A DNA stretch of 64,000 nt from an uncultured Gemmatimonadaceae bacterium (GTDB taxonomy: Bacteria; Gemmatimonadota; Gemmatimonadetes; Gemmatimonadales; Gemmatimonadaceae), in assembly GCA_963843845.1 (NCBI GenBank), contig CAWJMB010000002.1:1728001-1792000 (forward strand), written 5' to 3'. Below the pieces are notes generated by a model. That model saw only the letters and a list, made by a program, of their open reading frames with translations. It was not told the origin of the DNA and searched no databases. A program made the translations under genes and the position numbers. Positions 9,524 to 20,114 of this stretch are shown here, piece by piece. Every line of letters begins with the position of its first letter. The stretch's first letter is position 1.

Positions 9524-9968
9524 TCAGGCTTCGGCGTCCGGCGTCGGGCATGAACGCGAACATCGGCGCGAGCGCCTCGAGGCGGCACCAGCCGCGCGCC
9601 GGCCGGACGGCGACGACGAACGCGCACGCTCGGGCTTGGGCACGTGCGCGTATGCCGTCCAGAATGCCCGCTCGCGCGGCAGGAACGCGCTCGTAGTCGA
9701 TGCTGGCCGCCGGGTCGGCCGCGTCCACGACGAACGTCAGCCGGCGGCGGCCTCGACGGTGCGCATGTGCGGGACGACGGTCGCCTCCTCGCCGAAGACG
9801 GCGACGGCGAGGCCGCAGAGCGCGTTGTGGAACGGCTCCAGCCGGTGCCGCGCCATGAGCGCGCGCGACGTCGTTGCGCGCGGGCACGCTGCGGCGATCC
9901 GCGACGTCTGCGATCGTGCGCGCTCGACGCGCTCGGCGCGAAGGTTGGCAGGCGTGTCGGTCGGACAT
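9524..9968 (-). CDS. Small hypothetical protein, several frameshifts
   Basis: GGAGG SD before ATG 9968; protein-like segments in alternating frames (ARHRLEPFHNALCGLAVAVFGEE; LTFVVDAADPAASIDYE). Confidence 0.45.
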
Positions 9969-10051
9969 GAGGCCTCCTGGACAGAGAGACGAGCGGCGGA
10001 CCGGGTCATCGACGCCACCGCTCGCAAACCGCCGCACCGTCGCCTCGTGCG

Positions 10052-12438
10052 TCAGGGTGACTTCGATGCGCGCGAGTCGGCGGGAGCCGCTGGTGCAGTC
10101 GGCGCGGCGGGAATCAGGCCCTGGAGCGGCGCGTCGGCCGCGCGTCGACGCCGGCCTGCGGGCGGTCGAGGCCGAAGTCGCGCGTGCTGCGCATCGCGCT
10201 CGCGACCTGCTTCGTCTGCGCGAGGATGCTCTGTCCGCTTGCGTCTTGCCCTGACGCGCCAGCGCGTCGGCGAGCTCGAGCCCGGTGATCGTGTACAGAT
10301 CCGGGATGCCGCGACTCGGCATGTCGACCCAGTCGCCGCGCGCGAATGAGCGCCTTCGGTCCTTCGAACACGTTCTGCCACAGCTCGGTCGAGCGCGTGA
10401 GATCGACCCACCCTTCGCCAGGCATCATGACGACGTCGTTCGACGGGGTCGGCGGGGTGGTGACGAGCTTGCGGGCCAGTCCCGTCGTGAGCAGGTGGCT
10501 CTGCAGCCCGAGCTCCTGCCCGTACCCGCCCGCCGTGCGGCTGAAGTACACCGGGCGCGTCGGGTAGGCGTCGCGGATCATGTAGAGCACGAGCAGGTCG
10601 GCGCGATAGAGCTGCTGCTGCGCGACGGTCGCCGTGATCGTGTCCGTGCCGACGATCTTCTGGAACGTCCGCGCGTTGCCGAGGTCGACGCCCAACGGGA
10701 TCGCGTCGAGCTCCTGCATCGACAGATTGATCGGCGGACCGGTCGGCTTCGCCCACTGCTGCGTCGCGATAGATCGCCGGGCCCTTCGCCGCGTCGTACT
10801 CGTACACCGGGCGGCGCACGAACTGACGCGTGTACCAGTCGGTGTTGAGCAGCGACGTGTTCGCGACGACGACGTCCTTGCGGATGCCTTCGACCTCCTG
10901 CGCGTACCAGAGCGGGAACGTGTCGTTGTCGCCGACGGTGACGAGAATGCCGTACGGCTCGACGGAGTTGAGCAGGTCCTTCGCGAACGCCGCGGTGTCG
11001 TGTCTGGTCCGCGCGCGACGCCTGCGTCCAGTTCGCTGAACGAGCGGGATGAGCGCGAGCGCGAGCGTCGGCGACGCGAGCAGCCAGCTCCGCCGGCGCG
11101 GCTGCTCCACGACGCTCGCGGCCGAGCTTCACCTGATCCGTGCCGAACAGCGCGGCGATCGACTCCCAGATCCAGACGAGCCCGAGCGCTGCCCACACGC
11201 CCCACGTCGAGAAGCTCCAGAGGTAGAAGTAGTCGCGGTCGCGGACCTCGCGTTCGACGCTGTCGCCAGCTCCGGCGCCTGCGACGCGCCGTACTTGAAG
11301 TTCATGTAGTAGATGAGCGCGAACGTCACCGTGAACACCAGCGGCCCGAAGAACCAGAAGCTTCGTCGGTCGCGCTTGCAGTGGACCCACCCGCCGACGA
11401 GCCCAAGCGCGAGGAAGAGCACGGCGAGCCCGCTCTGCAGGCCCGGCTGGTCGTTGTGCGCGTCGCGCAGCCACTGCCACTTGAAGTAGAGCCACCACAT
11501 GCCGACCTGCGCGGTGAACGGCGCCTGCCGCTCGGCGAGCGTACGGCTTGCCGTACTGGTCGCGGTTGATGTTCGCCATCAGGCGCGTCGTACGTGACCT
11601 TGCTCAGCGTGCAGCTCGACCTTGATGCCTGTCGGTGCACGCCGTCGGCTCGCCTTCGTTGATCGCCGGAAAGTGCGCGGCGCGAATCGGCTGATAGACG
11701 AACGGCGTGAGCCCGATCACGAACGCCGCGGCGCCGGCGAGCAGCAGCCGCCAGCGCAGCGAGCGTGAGCGGCTTGCGGATGAGCACCGCCGCGGCGACG
11801 GCCGGCGCGACGAGAAAGCCGGCCGGGTGATTCGCGTAGCCGAGTCCGATGAGATAGGCGACGAGCACGAGGATGCGGTCGGCCTTGCGCCCTTCCGGCT
11901 CGTCGGACCAGCGCACCATGAGCCACGACACGATGGCGAAGAAGAGCAGCGAGACGGTGTAGACCTTCTCGTTCACGACGCTCTGGTTCCACACCGTGAA
12001 CGCCGTGCGCGCCGATGAGCGCCGCGAGCGCGCCGCCGACGATCGCGCTGCCACCGCTCCGCGAGCCAGCTCACGAGCACGCGCTCGGTGACGAGGAACC
12101 ACAGCCCCGCCGAGACGCGCGCGTGCAGACCGCGGCGAGCACGTTGATGCGGGCCGCGACGTTCGTGGCGATCGGGAGGATCGAGACGACGCGCCCGAGC
12201 AGCACGAAGAACGGGTTGCCCGGCGGGTGCGGGATGCCGAGGACGTAGGCGGCGGCGATGTACTCGCTCGTGTCCCACATCGACGTCGATGGGGCGAGCG
12301 TGACGAGGTACAGCGCGAGCATGACGAGCGTGACGACGCCGGCGGCGAGATAGGACGGCCGGTAGTCGAGCTCGCTCGTCGCGCGTCGCCGAACGCTCGG
12401 CTGCCGCAGACGCGCTCGGTTCGGACGGTGGTAGCCAT
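10052..12438 (-). CDS. DUF2723 / TMEM260-like GT-C membrane glycosyltransferase, many frameshifts
   Basis: [33 protein letters not shown] and [16 protein letters not shown] motifs distributed over several frames. Confidence 0.85.
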
Positions 12439-12533
12439 GAGAGGTGGAGCGGGGACGCAGGGACTGCCGGACGTAAACTCGAACAATAGCGGGGGCGTCA
12501 CTTCGAACTGCCGCCGCTCGGGACAGCCGGGCG

Positions 12534-14096
12534 TCAGTGCCGGAACAGCCGCGTCCCGGTGAAGACCATCGCGATGCCGTGCTCGTTCGCCGCGGCGATG
12601 ACCTCGGCGTCGCGCACCGAGCCGCCGGGCTGCACGATCGCCCGGACGCCGGCCGCGGCCGCGTGGTCGACGCCGTCGCGGAACGGGAAGAAGGCGTCGG
12701 ACGCGAGCACGGCGCCGGCGGTCGGGTGGCCGGCCTGCGCGCGCCTTGTGACGCGGCGAGGAACGACGCGTCGACGCGCGACATCTGCCCCGCGCCGATG
12801 CCGATCGTCGCCCCGCCGCGCGCGAGCACGATCGCGTTCGACTTGACGCTCGCCACGGCGCGCCACGCGAAGCGCAGGTCGTGCTCCTCCTGCGCGGTCG
12901 GCTGGCGCTCGGTGACGACCTGCCAGCCGCGTCGACGGTGATCGCGGGCAGCACGATCCTGCACGAGCAGGCCGCCGCGCACGCGCTTGACGTCGAGCGA
13001 GCGACGGTCGGCGCCGACGCGCCCCTCGAGCACGCGCAGGTTCTTCTTGCGGCCGAGCGTCTCGATCGCGGCGTCCGAGAACGACGGGGCGACGATGCAC
13101 TCGACGAACAGGCTTGCCGAACGCCTCGGCCGTCGCGTCGTCGACCGGGGCGGTGAACGCGATCGACGGAGCCGAACGCGCTCGTCGGATCGCAGGCCAG
13201 CGCCTTCCGGTACGCGTCGAGCGACGTCGCGCCGACCGCGAGGCCGCACGGCGTCGTGTGCTTGATGATCGCGCAGCAGAACCGCCTCGCCAGAGGCGCG
13301 TCGGCGAACGGCTCGATCGCGAGCAGGGCGCCCTCGAGGTCGAGCAGGTTGTTGAACGACAGCTCCTTGCCGCCGCGCTGCACGAGCGCGCCGAGCCCGC
13401 GGCCGCGCGCTCGACGTAGAACGCCGCGCGCTGCTGCGGGTTCTCGCCGTAGCGGAGCGCCTGTGCGCGCTCGAACGCGAGCGACAGTCGCTCCGGAAAG
13501 CGCTCGTTCTCCTGCTCGGCGAACCAGGCCGCGATCGCCGCGTCGTACGCGGCCGTGTGCGCGAAGACCTTCGCCGCGAGCGAGCGGCGGAACGCGAGGC
13601 GACGTGCCGCATCACCATCCGTATCGTCGCCGAGCGCGTCGAGCACGCGCCCGTAGTCGCTCGGATCGACGACGACGGTGACCGCGTCGAAGTTCTTCGC
13701 GGCCGAGCGCAGCATGGACGGCCCGCCGATGTCGATCTGCTCGATGACGTCGTCAGGCGCGACGTCGGGGCGCGCCGCCGTCTCGCGGAACGGATACAGG
13801 TTCACGACGACGAGGTCGATCGGCGCGATGCCGTGCTCCGCGATCGCCGCCATGTGCTCGGCGAGGTCGCGACGCGCCAGCAGCCCGCCGTGCACCGCGG
13901 GGTGCAGCGTCTTCACGCGTCCGTCGAGCATCTCGGGAAAGCGCGTGACGTCGCTGACATCCGCGACGACGAGGCCCGCGTCGCGAAGCGCTCGCGCGGT
14001 GCCGCCGGTCGAGATCAGCTCGACGCCGCGCGCCGAGAGCTGCCGCGCGAAGTCGACGAGGCCGGACTTGTCAGAGACGGAGAGGAGGGCGCGCAT
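12534..14096 (-). CDS. purH: Bifunctional AICAR transformylase/IMP cyclohydrolase, frameshifted
   Basis: [57 protein letters not shown] and QPGGS motifs. Confidence 0.94.
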   Translation of the reverse strand: MRALLSVSDKSGLVDFARQLSARGVELISTGGTARALRDAGLVVADVSDVTRFPEMLDGRVKTLHPAVHGGLLARRDLAEHMAAIAEHGIAPIDLVVVNLYPFRETAARPDVAPDDVIEQIDIGGPSMLRSAAKNFDAVTVVVDPSDYGRVLDALGDDTDGDAARRLAFRRSLAAKVFAHTAAYDAAIAAWFAEQENERFPERLSLAFERAQALRYGENPQQRAAFYVERAAAGSARSCSAAARSCRSTTCSTSRAPCSRSSRSPTRLWRGGSAARSSSTRRRAASRSARRRSTRTGRRWPAIRRARSAPSIAFTAPVDDATAEAFGKPVRRVHRRPVVLGRRDRDARPQEEPARARGARRRRPSLARRQARARRPARAGSCCPRSPSTRLAGRHRAPADRAGGARPALRVARRGERQVERDRARARRGDDRHRRGADVARRRVVPRRVTRRAQAGHPTAGAVLASDAFFPFRDGVDHAAAAGVRAIVQPGGSVRDAEVIAAANEHGIAMVFTGTRLFRH

Positions 14097-14153
14097 GGAG
14101 AGGGACAGAGCGGTGAACGCAGAGCGCCGCGCGACGAGCGCAGCGCGATGAAG

Positions 14154-14885
14154 TCAGCCGACGACGCGATCCAGGTCGCGTGCGGCGGCGCCGCCGGTGC
14201 CGAAGGTGAACACGGCGTCGGCCGGACCGTCGGCGAAGGCGCCGACGACCGAGCCGTCAGGCGCGAGCCGCACACGACCTGCGGCGACGGCGTCGACGAC
14301 ACGCGGCAGGAGCAGGTGCTCCGCGCGCAGCACGCGCGCCGCGAGCGTCTCGGCGAAATCGGTCGCGAAGACAGGGGTCGGCCACTGCGCGATGATGGGG
14401 CCGCGGTCGTACTGCTCGTCCACGAAGTGCACGGTCGCGCCGGTGACCTTCGCGCCCGACGCGAGCACGGCGTCGTGTACGCGGTGGCCGTACAACCCGG
14501 TGCCGCCGAACGACGGGAGCAGCGCCGGGTGCACGTTCAGCATGCGACCGCGAAAGCGGCGCACGACGTCGGCCGGGACGAGCTTGAGGTAGCCGGCGAG
14601 CACCACGAGGTCGACCCCATGCGCGGCGAACCGGTCGAAGAACCACGACGCGTCGCGCGGATCGTCCGCGACCGCGCCCGGGACGGCGGAGCGCGCAGCC
14701 CGGTCGAGTGCGCCGGCGTCGCGGCGGTTCGAAACGACGAGCGCGACGTCGGCCGCGCGCCGGTCACCCAACGACTCGAGATAGTCGAGCACCGCCTGCA
14801 GATTCGACCCGCCGCCCGAAGCGAGCACGGCGACGCGGGCCCGCGGGCGCGGCATGCGTTCGTGCGCCGCCACGGCGTCGCTCAC
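14154..14885 (-). CDS. purN: Phosphoribosylglycinamide formyltransferase (start may be ATG 14855)
   Basis: VLASGGGSNLQ, VLAGYLK, NVHPALLP and GATVHFVDEQYDRG motifs. Confidence 0.93.
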   Translation of the reverse strand: MSDAVAAHERMPRPRARVAVLASGGGSNLQAVLDYLESLGDRRAADVALVVSNRRDAGALDRAARSAVPGAVADDPRDASWFFDRFAAHGVDLVVLAGYLKLVPADVVRRFRGRMLNVHPALLPSFGGTGLYGHRVHDAVLASGAKVTGATVHFVDEQYDRGPIIAQWPTPVFATDFAETLAARVLRAEHLLLPRVVDAVAAGRVRLAPDGSVVGAFADGPADAVFTFGTGGAAARDLDRVVG

Positions 14886-15440
14886 AGTCTCTCCCATCCG
14901 CCGCGCAACACGCGCTCGATCGCCGCCTCGAGCGACGTGCTCAACGCGAAGCGGTCGCGCGCCGTCTGCTGATCGAGCCACGGCGTGTCGCGGGATGGGA
15001 CGAGCACGCCGATCCCTCCGAAGCGCGCGGCCGGCTCGACGTCGCGCAGCCGGTCGCCGACGTAGGCCGAGCGAGCGAGGTCGAGCGCGTGTTCTGCCGA
15101 CGCGCGCTCGTAGAGGGCGGGCGCGGGCTTCCGACACGCGCACGCCCCGGTGAGCTCGGGGAGGTGCGGACAGTGGTACGTCGCGTCGAGACGCGCGCCG
15201 GCGGTGCCTGAACAGCTCGTCGAGTCGCGCCGTGACCGCCCTGAACGCGTCCTCGGTCACGAGTCCGCGCGCGATCCCCGACTGGTTCGTGACGACGATG
15301 GCCTTCCAGCCGGCGTCGTTGACGCGCCGCACGGCGGACGCGGCGCCAGGGCGCAACGACACCTGCGCGGGATCGGCGAGATAGTGCATGTCGTCGATCA
15401 GCGTGCCGTCGCGGTCGAAGAACACGGCGCGCGCACTCAT
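14882..15440 (-). CDS. HAD-IIIA phosphatase (GmhB/HisB-like), frameshift near 15205
   Basis: FFDRDGTL, VTNQSGIARG, CPH...CACRKP and YVGDR..D motifs. Confidence 0.85.
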
Positions 15441-16843
15441 CGCGGCGTGCCGACCGTGTCGCGCGGCGCAGGCGCACGCCGCGTCGTGTCGGCCGGCGGC
15501 GCCGCGCGCGGCGTCGAGAAGGCGCGCTCGCTCGACGGTGTCGTGGCGCCGGCGAGGCCGCGCAGCTCGATCGCGACGACGCGGTACTGCGTCTGCGGGC
15601 GGAGCGGCTGGGCGAGGACGAGCGTCACTTCGCTCACCGGGCTCGGACGGCTCGGCTTCGGCGGCGGCGGCGGGGCGGGGCGGCGTCCACGGAGCGTGTC
15701 GCGCCGCGCGGCCACGGTATCGACCGTGGGCGGTGGCGGTGCGGCGCGCCGTGTGGTGTCGCGGGCGGCGGCCTCGCGCGCAGCAGAGTCGGCCGATGCC
15801 TTCCGCCGCGCCGCGTCGAGCGAGTCGAACAGCGCGGCCGGGTAGACGGCGCGGATCGGCGCCGCGGTCGAGTCGCGCGTCACGACGCGGAAGCGCGCGT
15901 TCGGCAGCGCCTGCAACGGCGAGTCGGCGAGTGGCCGGTCGAACGTGATCCGCACGGTCACGCTGTCGCGGAGCGTCACCGATCCGATCCTGGGTCCGAC
16001 CGTATCGTGAACGAACGCGAGCAGCTCGATGCGAGCGGAGTCGCCTGACGCGAGCTGCGGCGGGCTCGCGCGCACCGTGTCGAACGGCTCGCGTGGGTCC
16101 AAGTCGCGGTTGCCGTTCGCGTCGACGAAGCCCCGCACGAGGTACGTGGCGGGCGGAAGGTTCGGGATCGTGAAGCGGCCGACGCTGTCGGCCACGGTGT
16201 AGTACGTCGTGCTGTCGGGCGCCACCGCCTCGACGACGGCGCGCCCCGCCGGCCTCGCGCCCACCCAGTCGAACACGATTCCGCCGAGCCGCGCCGTGGC
16301 GAGCGTGGGCCCCGTGGAGAACGTGCGGACGATCGCCGTGTCGCGAACGTTCTGCCGGAGGTCGGCGAGCCCCGGCAGGATCGTCAATGTGTAGGTGGTG
16401 TTCGGCCGGAGCGGATCGCGCGGGCGCACCGTCACGCGGTCGCGCCGCCACTCCACGGTGAGCGCGCCGGCGCGCGGCGACAGCAGGACGATGCCGGCGA
16501 GCGACGCGCTCCCCGAGGTGCCGGTGAACGACCCGCCTCCCGCCGATGGGGCGCCGAACGACGAGGCCGCGCCGCTCGGCACTTCGGCGACGACCTCGTC
16601 GAACTGCAGCTCGATCGCGCGCGGCCGCACGTTGGTGGCGCCGCTGTCGGGCGTGATGCGAACGAGCCGCGGCGCGGCCGAGTCGGGCGGGCCGCCAGGC
16701 GGGAGGCCTGGTGACGCGCACGCCGACGTCCCCAACGTGCCGACGGCACCGATCGTGGCGAACGCGGTTCCCGTGGCCGACGCGACGACGGAGGCGATCC
16801 CCGCCAGACGGCGTCGACCAGGCGAGCGGCGACGCACCGTCAC
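15437..16843 (-). CDS. Ig-like (Big_5-type) domain lipoprotein
   Basis: Lipobox-like SAC followed by PPGGPPD..P; LRPNTTYTL and D.NGNR motifs. Confidence 0.78.
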   Translation of the reverse strand: MTVRRRSPGRRRLAGIASVVASATGTAFATIGAVGTLGTSACASPGLPPGGPPDSAAPRLVRITPDSGATNVRPRAIELQFDEVVAEVPSGAASSFGAPSAGGGSFTGTSGSASLAGIVLLSPRAGALTVEWRRDRVTVRPRDPLRPNTTYTLTILPGLADLRQNVRDTAIVRTFSTGPTLATARLGGIVFDWVGARPAGRAVVEAVAPDSTTYYTVADSVGRFTIPNLPPATYLVRGFVDANGNRDLDPREPFDTVRASPPQLASGDSARIELLAFVHDTVGPRIGSVTLRDSVTVRITFDRPLADSPLQALPNARFRVVTRDSTAAPIRAVYPAALFDSLDAARRKASADSAAREAAARDTTRRAAPPPPTVDTVAARRDTLRGRRPAPPPPPKPSRPSPVSEVTLVLAQPLRPQTQYRVVAIELRGLAGATTPSSERAFSTPRAAPPADTTRRAPAPRDTVGTPR

Positions 16844-19668
16844 CCCGTGCCGCGCAGCGCGGTCACCTTGGCACCGAGCTGATCGCGACGCGCCGACCAG
16901 TCACGCGCTTTCTGTCGCTCCGCCTCGACGACGTTCGGCGGCGCGCGACCGACGAATCCGTCGTTCGCGAGGCGAGCGCGCAGCGCGCCGAGCTGCCGGT
17001 CGAGATCGGCGATCTCCTTCGTGAGCTTCGCGCACTCCTTGTCGACGTCGACGATCCCGCCCAACGGCACCACCAACTCGGCACCGTCGATGAGGGCGTG
17101 CGCGGCAGCGCCGGACGGTGCCGTCGCGGCGACGGTGAGCCGCGTCCGCGCGAGCCGACCGATCAGCGACGCCTCCTCGTCGAACACCGCGCGCACGGCA
17201 TCGGCGGCGACGACCGTCGCGTCGATCCACGTGCTCGGCGCCACCGAATAGTCGGAGCGGACCTGACGCAGCGCGGCCACTGCGGCGCGCACGAGCTCGA
17301 ACTCGCGCACGCGCACGTCGGTCGCGCCCGCGTCCCCCGTCCGGAGTCGCGGCCACGCCGCCTGCGCGAGATAGGTGCCCTCGGTGTGACCGGGGATGCG
17401 CTGCCACAGCGCCTCGGTGATGAACGGCACGATCGGGTGGAGCAGCCGCATCGCCCGATCGAAGCAGTGCGTCAGCACAGCGCGCGCGACGTCGCGGTCC
17501 GAGTCGGCCGCTGTCGTACCCGACGCATCGCGCGAGGCCGGCGCCGCCGACGCCTCCGCCGTCAGGCGCCCCTTCGTCGACTCGACGTACCAGTCGGCGA
17601 GCTCGTTCCACACGAAACGGCGTGCCGCCTCGGCGTACTCGTTCAGCCGCAGCCCCGAGAACCGCTCGGCGGCCGCCCACCGGCCGCTCGCGTCGGGGCG
17701 CGCGGCGCCTAACGCGCCGTCGCACTCCGCGATCGCGAGATCGAGACGCGCGAGGATCCAGCGGTCGGCGCGTGTCAGGCGCGCGGTGTCGATCGACGCG
17801 AGCGGCTGCACCGGCGCGTCGCCGACGTTCGTCAGCAGGAAGCGGCCGATGTTCCACAGCTTCGTGCAGAAGTTGCGACCCGTCGCGAACGACTTCTCGA
17901 GGTCGCGGTGATCGAGGATCACGTCGGCGCCCATGCCGAGTCCGGCGATGACCGTCCACCGCAGGGCATCCGCGCCGTACAGCCGCACGACGTCGAGCGG
18001 GTCGATGCCGTTGCCCAACGACTTCGACATCTTGCGATGCTCGGTGTCGCGAACCGTGCCGTGCAGATACACGGTGTGGAACGGCGTGCGGCCGTCGAAC
18101 ACGTAGCCGGCCATGATCATGCGCGCGACCCAGAAGAACAGGATCTCGGGCGCCGTGACGAGCACGTCGGTCGGGTAGAACGCGCGGAGGTCCGCGCTGT
18201 CCTCCGGCCAGCCGAGCGTGGTCAGCGGCCAGAGCCACGACGAGAACCACGTATCGAGCACGTCGTCGTCCTGGCGCACGCCGCCGCCGCACGACGGGCA
18301 CGCCGCGATGTCGTCGCGACCCACGATCGGGTCGCTCCCGCACGCGTCGCAGTACCAGACGGGGATACGGTGCCCCCACCAGAGCTGGCGCGAGATGTTC
18401 CAATCGCGGATCCCTTCGAGCCAGTTGACGTAGACGGCCTCCCACCGTTCGGGGAGCACGCGCAGCGTGCCGTCGCGCACTGCGGCGAGCGCCGGTGCGG
18501 CGAGCGGCGCCATGCGCACGAACCACTGGTCGCTGAGGCGCGGCTCCACCACGGTCTCACAGCGGTAGCACTTCCGCACGGCGTGCGGGTGGTCCTTCAC
18601 GGCGACGAGGCGGCCTGACGATTCGAGCTGTCGGACGATGGCCTCGCGCGCGTCGTCGCGGTCGAGACCCCGCAGGTCGCTCGGCACGCGGCCGGCGGCG
18701 AGTGCCACCTCATCCATCGTCCCCGCAGCCGTCATCACGACGACCGATGCGAGCCCGTGGCGCTTTCCGACCTCGAAGTCGTTCGCGTCGTGCGCCGGCG
18801 TGATCTTCACGACGCCGGTCCCGAACGCGGGATCGGCGTAGTCGTCCGCGACGATGGGAATCGCCACGTTCGCGATCGGGAGGATGACGCGCCGGCCGAT
18901 CAGCGACCGATATCGTTCGTCGTTCGGATTCACGGCGAGCGCGACATCGCCGAGCATCGTCTCGGGGCGCGTCGTGGCGATCGTGAGCGACTGCGCAGGG
19001 TCGTCTTCCAGCGGGTAGCTGATGTGGTACAACTTGCCCGGCGCATCGTGGAACTCCGCTTCCTCGTCGGAGAGCGACGTCATGCAGCGAGGGCACCAGT
19101 GAATCACGCGGTGCCCCTTGTATATCAGCCCCTTCTCCCACAGCCGGACGAACGCCTCGCGCACCGCGCGCGACAGCTCGGGCGAGAGCGTGTACGCCGT
19201 GCGGGTCCAGTCGCACGACGCGCCGATCGCGCGCTGCTGGTGGAGGATCTGGCCGCCGGTCTCGTCGACGAACTGCGCGGTGCGCGCGACGAACGCGTCT
19301 CGTCCGACGTCGTAGCGCGACAGCCCCTCGCGCGCGAGCTGCTTCTCGACGACGTTCTGCGTCGCGATGCCCGCGTGGTCGGTGCCGGGGACCCAGAGCG
19401 CTTCGTCGCCGGCCATGCGGCGCCAGCGGATGACCACGTCCTGAACGCTGTTGTTCAGCCCGTGCCCCATGTGCAGCACGGCGGTGACGTTCGGCGGTGG
19501 GATGACGATCGTGAACGGCGTCCGGTCGCCGCCGGCGCGCGTGCTCCGCGCGGCGTGGGCCGTGAACACGCCGTGCCGCTCCCACGCGGCGTAGATCGCG
19601 GGCTCGGTGGCGGCCGCGTCGTACTGGGCAGGAAACTCGCGCTGCGGCGCGTCGTGCTCGGGGCTCAT
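16840..19668 (-). CDS. valS: Valine--tRNA ligase
   Basis: PPPNVT..LHMGH, GTDHAGIATQ, TTRPET, ISRQLWWGH, DTWFSS and KMSKS motifs; C-terminal coiled coil. Confidence 0.97.
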   Translation of the reverse strand: MSPEHDAPQREFPAQYDAAATEPAIYAAWERHGVFTAHAARSTRAGGDRTPFTIVIPPPNVTAVLHMGHGLNNSVQDVVIRWRRMAGDEALWVPGTDHAGIATQNVVEKQLAREGLSRYDVGRDAFVARTAQFVDETGGQILHQQRAIGASCDWTRTAYTLSPELSRAVREAFVRLWEKGLIYKGHRVIHWCPRCMTSLSDEEAEFHDAPGKLYHISYPLEDDPAQSLTIATTRPETMLGDVALAVNPNDERYRSLIGRRVILPIANVAIPIVADDYADPAFGTGVVKITPAHDANDFEVGKRHGLASVVVMTAAGTMDEVALAAGRVPSDLRGLDRDDAREAIVRQLESSGRLVAVKDHPHAVRKCYRCETVVEPRLSDQWFVRMAPLAAPALAAVRDGTLRVLPERWEAVYVNWLEGIRDWNISRQLWWGHRIPVWYCDACGSDPIVGRDDIAACPSCGGGVRQDDDVLDTWFSSWLWPLTTLGWPEDSADLRAFYPTDVLVTAPEILFFWVARMIMAGYVFDGRTPFHTVYLHGTVRDTEHRKMSKSLGNGIDPLDVVRLYGADALRWTVIAGLGMGADVILDHRDLEKSFATGRNFCTKLWNIGRFLLTNVGDAPVQPLASIDTARLTRADRWILARLDLAIAECDGALGAARPDASGRWAAAERFSGLRLNEYAEAARRFVWNELADWYVESTKGRLTAEASAAPASRDASGTTAADSDRDVARAVLTHCFDRAMRLLHPIVPFITEALWQRIPGHTEGTYLAQAAWPRLRTGDAGATDVRVREFELVRAAVAALRQVRSDYSVAPSTWIDATVVAADAVRAVFDEEASLIGRLARTRLTVAATAPSGAAAHALIDGAELVVPLGGIVDVDKECAKLTKEIADLDRQLGALRARLANDGFVGRAPPNVVEAERQKARDWSARRDQLGAKVTALRGTG

Positions 19669-19694
19669 GCGGCGGAAACTAACCACAGCGACGT

Positions 19695-19770
19695 CGTCTC
19701 CAACGCAGTGAGGGATCCCGTCGTCGGGCGTGAGCCCGAACGACGAGATCCCTCACCGCGCTCAGAGACG
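19695..19770. repeat. Long intergenic inverted repeat (terminator- or REP-like)
   Basis: GTGAGGGATC...CGTCGGGC-GTGA-GCCCGAACG...GATCCCTCAC, flanked by CGTCTC/GAGACG. Confidence 0.65.
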
Positions 19771-19780
19771 AGAGCCGCGC

Positions 19781-20041
19781 TCAGGCGTGCTGTGTCGGTC
19801 CCGCGTCGGGATGCTGGAATCGGTCCACGCACGCGCGGTTGTTGTCGATCTTGCGCTGCAACTCGTCGGCGCGGAGCCCGGCGTCCGGCCCCGTGTCCTC
19901 GACGGCGCCGCCGAGTCGGATGTCGTCGGCGATGTAGTCGGGACCGCGCGGGTCGGCGAGCTTGTCGTCGAAGTCTTCCTGGCGGACTTTGAAGTTGCCC
20001 GCCCAGTCACGTCCGTTGTGCGGCTTCTGGCGATCTGACAT
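19781..20041 (-). CDS. Small acidic hypothetical protein (86 aa)
   Basis: GGAGG SD before ATG; GC3-rich codons. Confidence 0.6.
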   Translation of the reverse strand: MSDRQKPHNGRDWAGNFKVRQEDFDDKLADPRGPDYIADDIRLGGAVEDTGPDAGLRADELQRKIDNNRACVDRFQHPDAGPTQHA

Positions 20042-20114
20042 TCCTGCCTCCGGCTGTGATTGACGGATCTCTCTAAGGCAAGCCGTGGGCCCTCGTGCGC
20101 CCGCGTCGCCGGTG

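Noticed and set aside
14154..16721. 855-aa ORF suggesting a HAD-PurN fusion
   Set aside because: Artefact of the frameshift near 15205 joining separate genes
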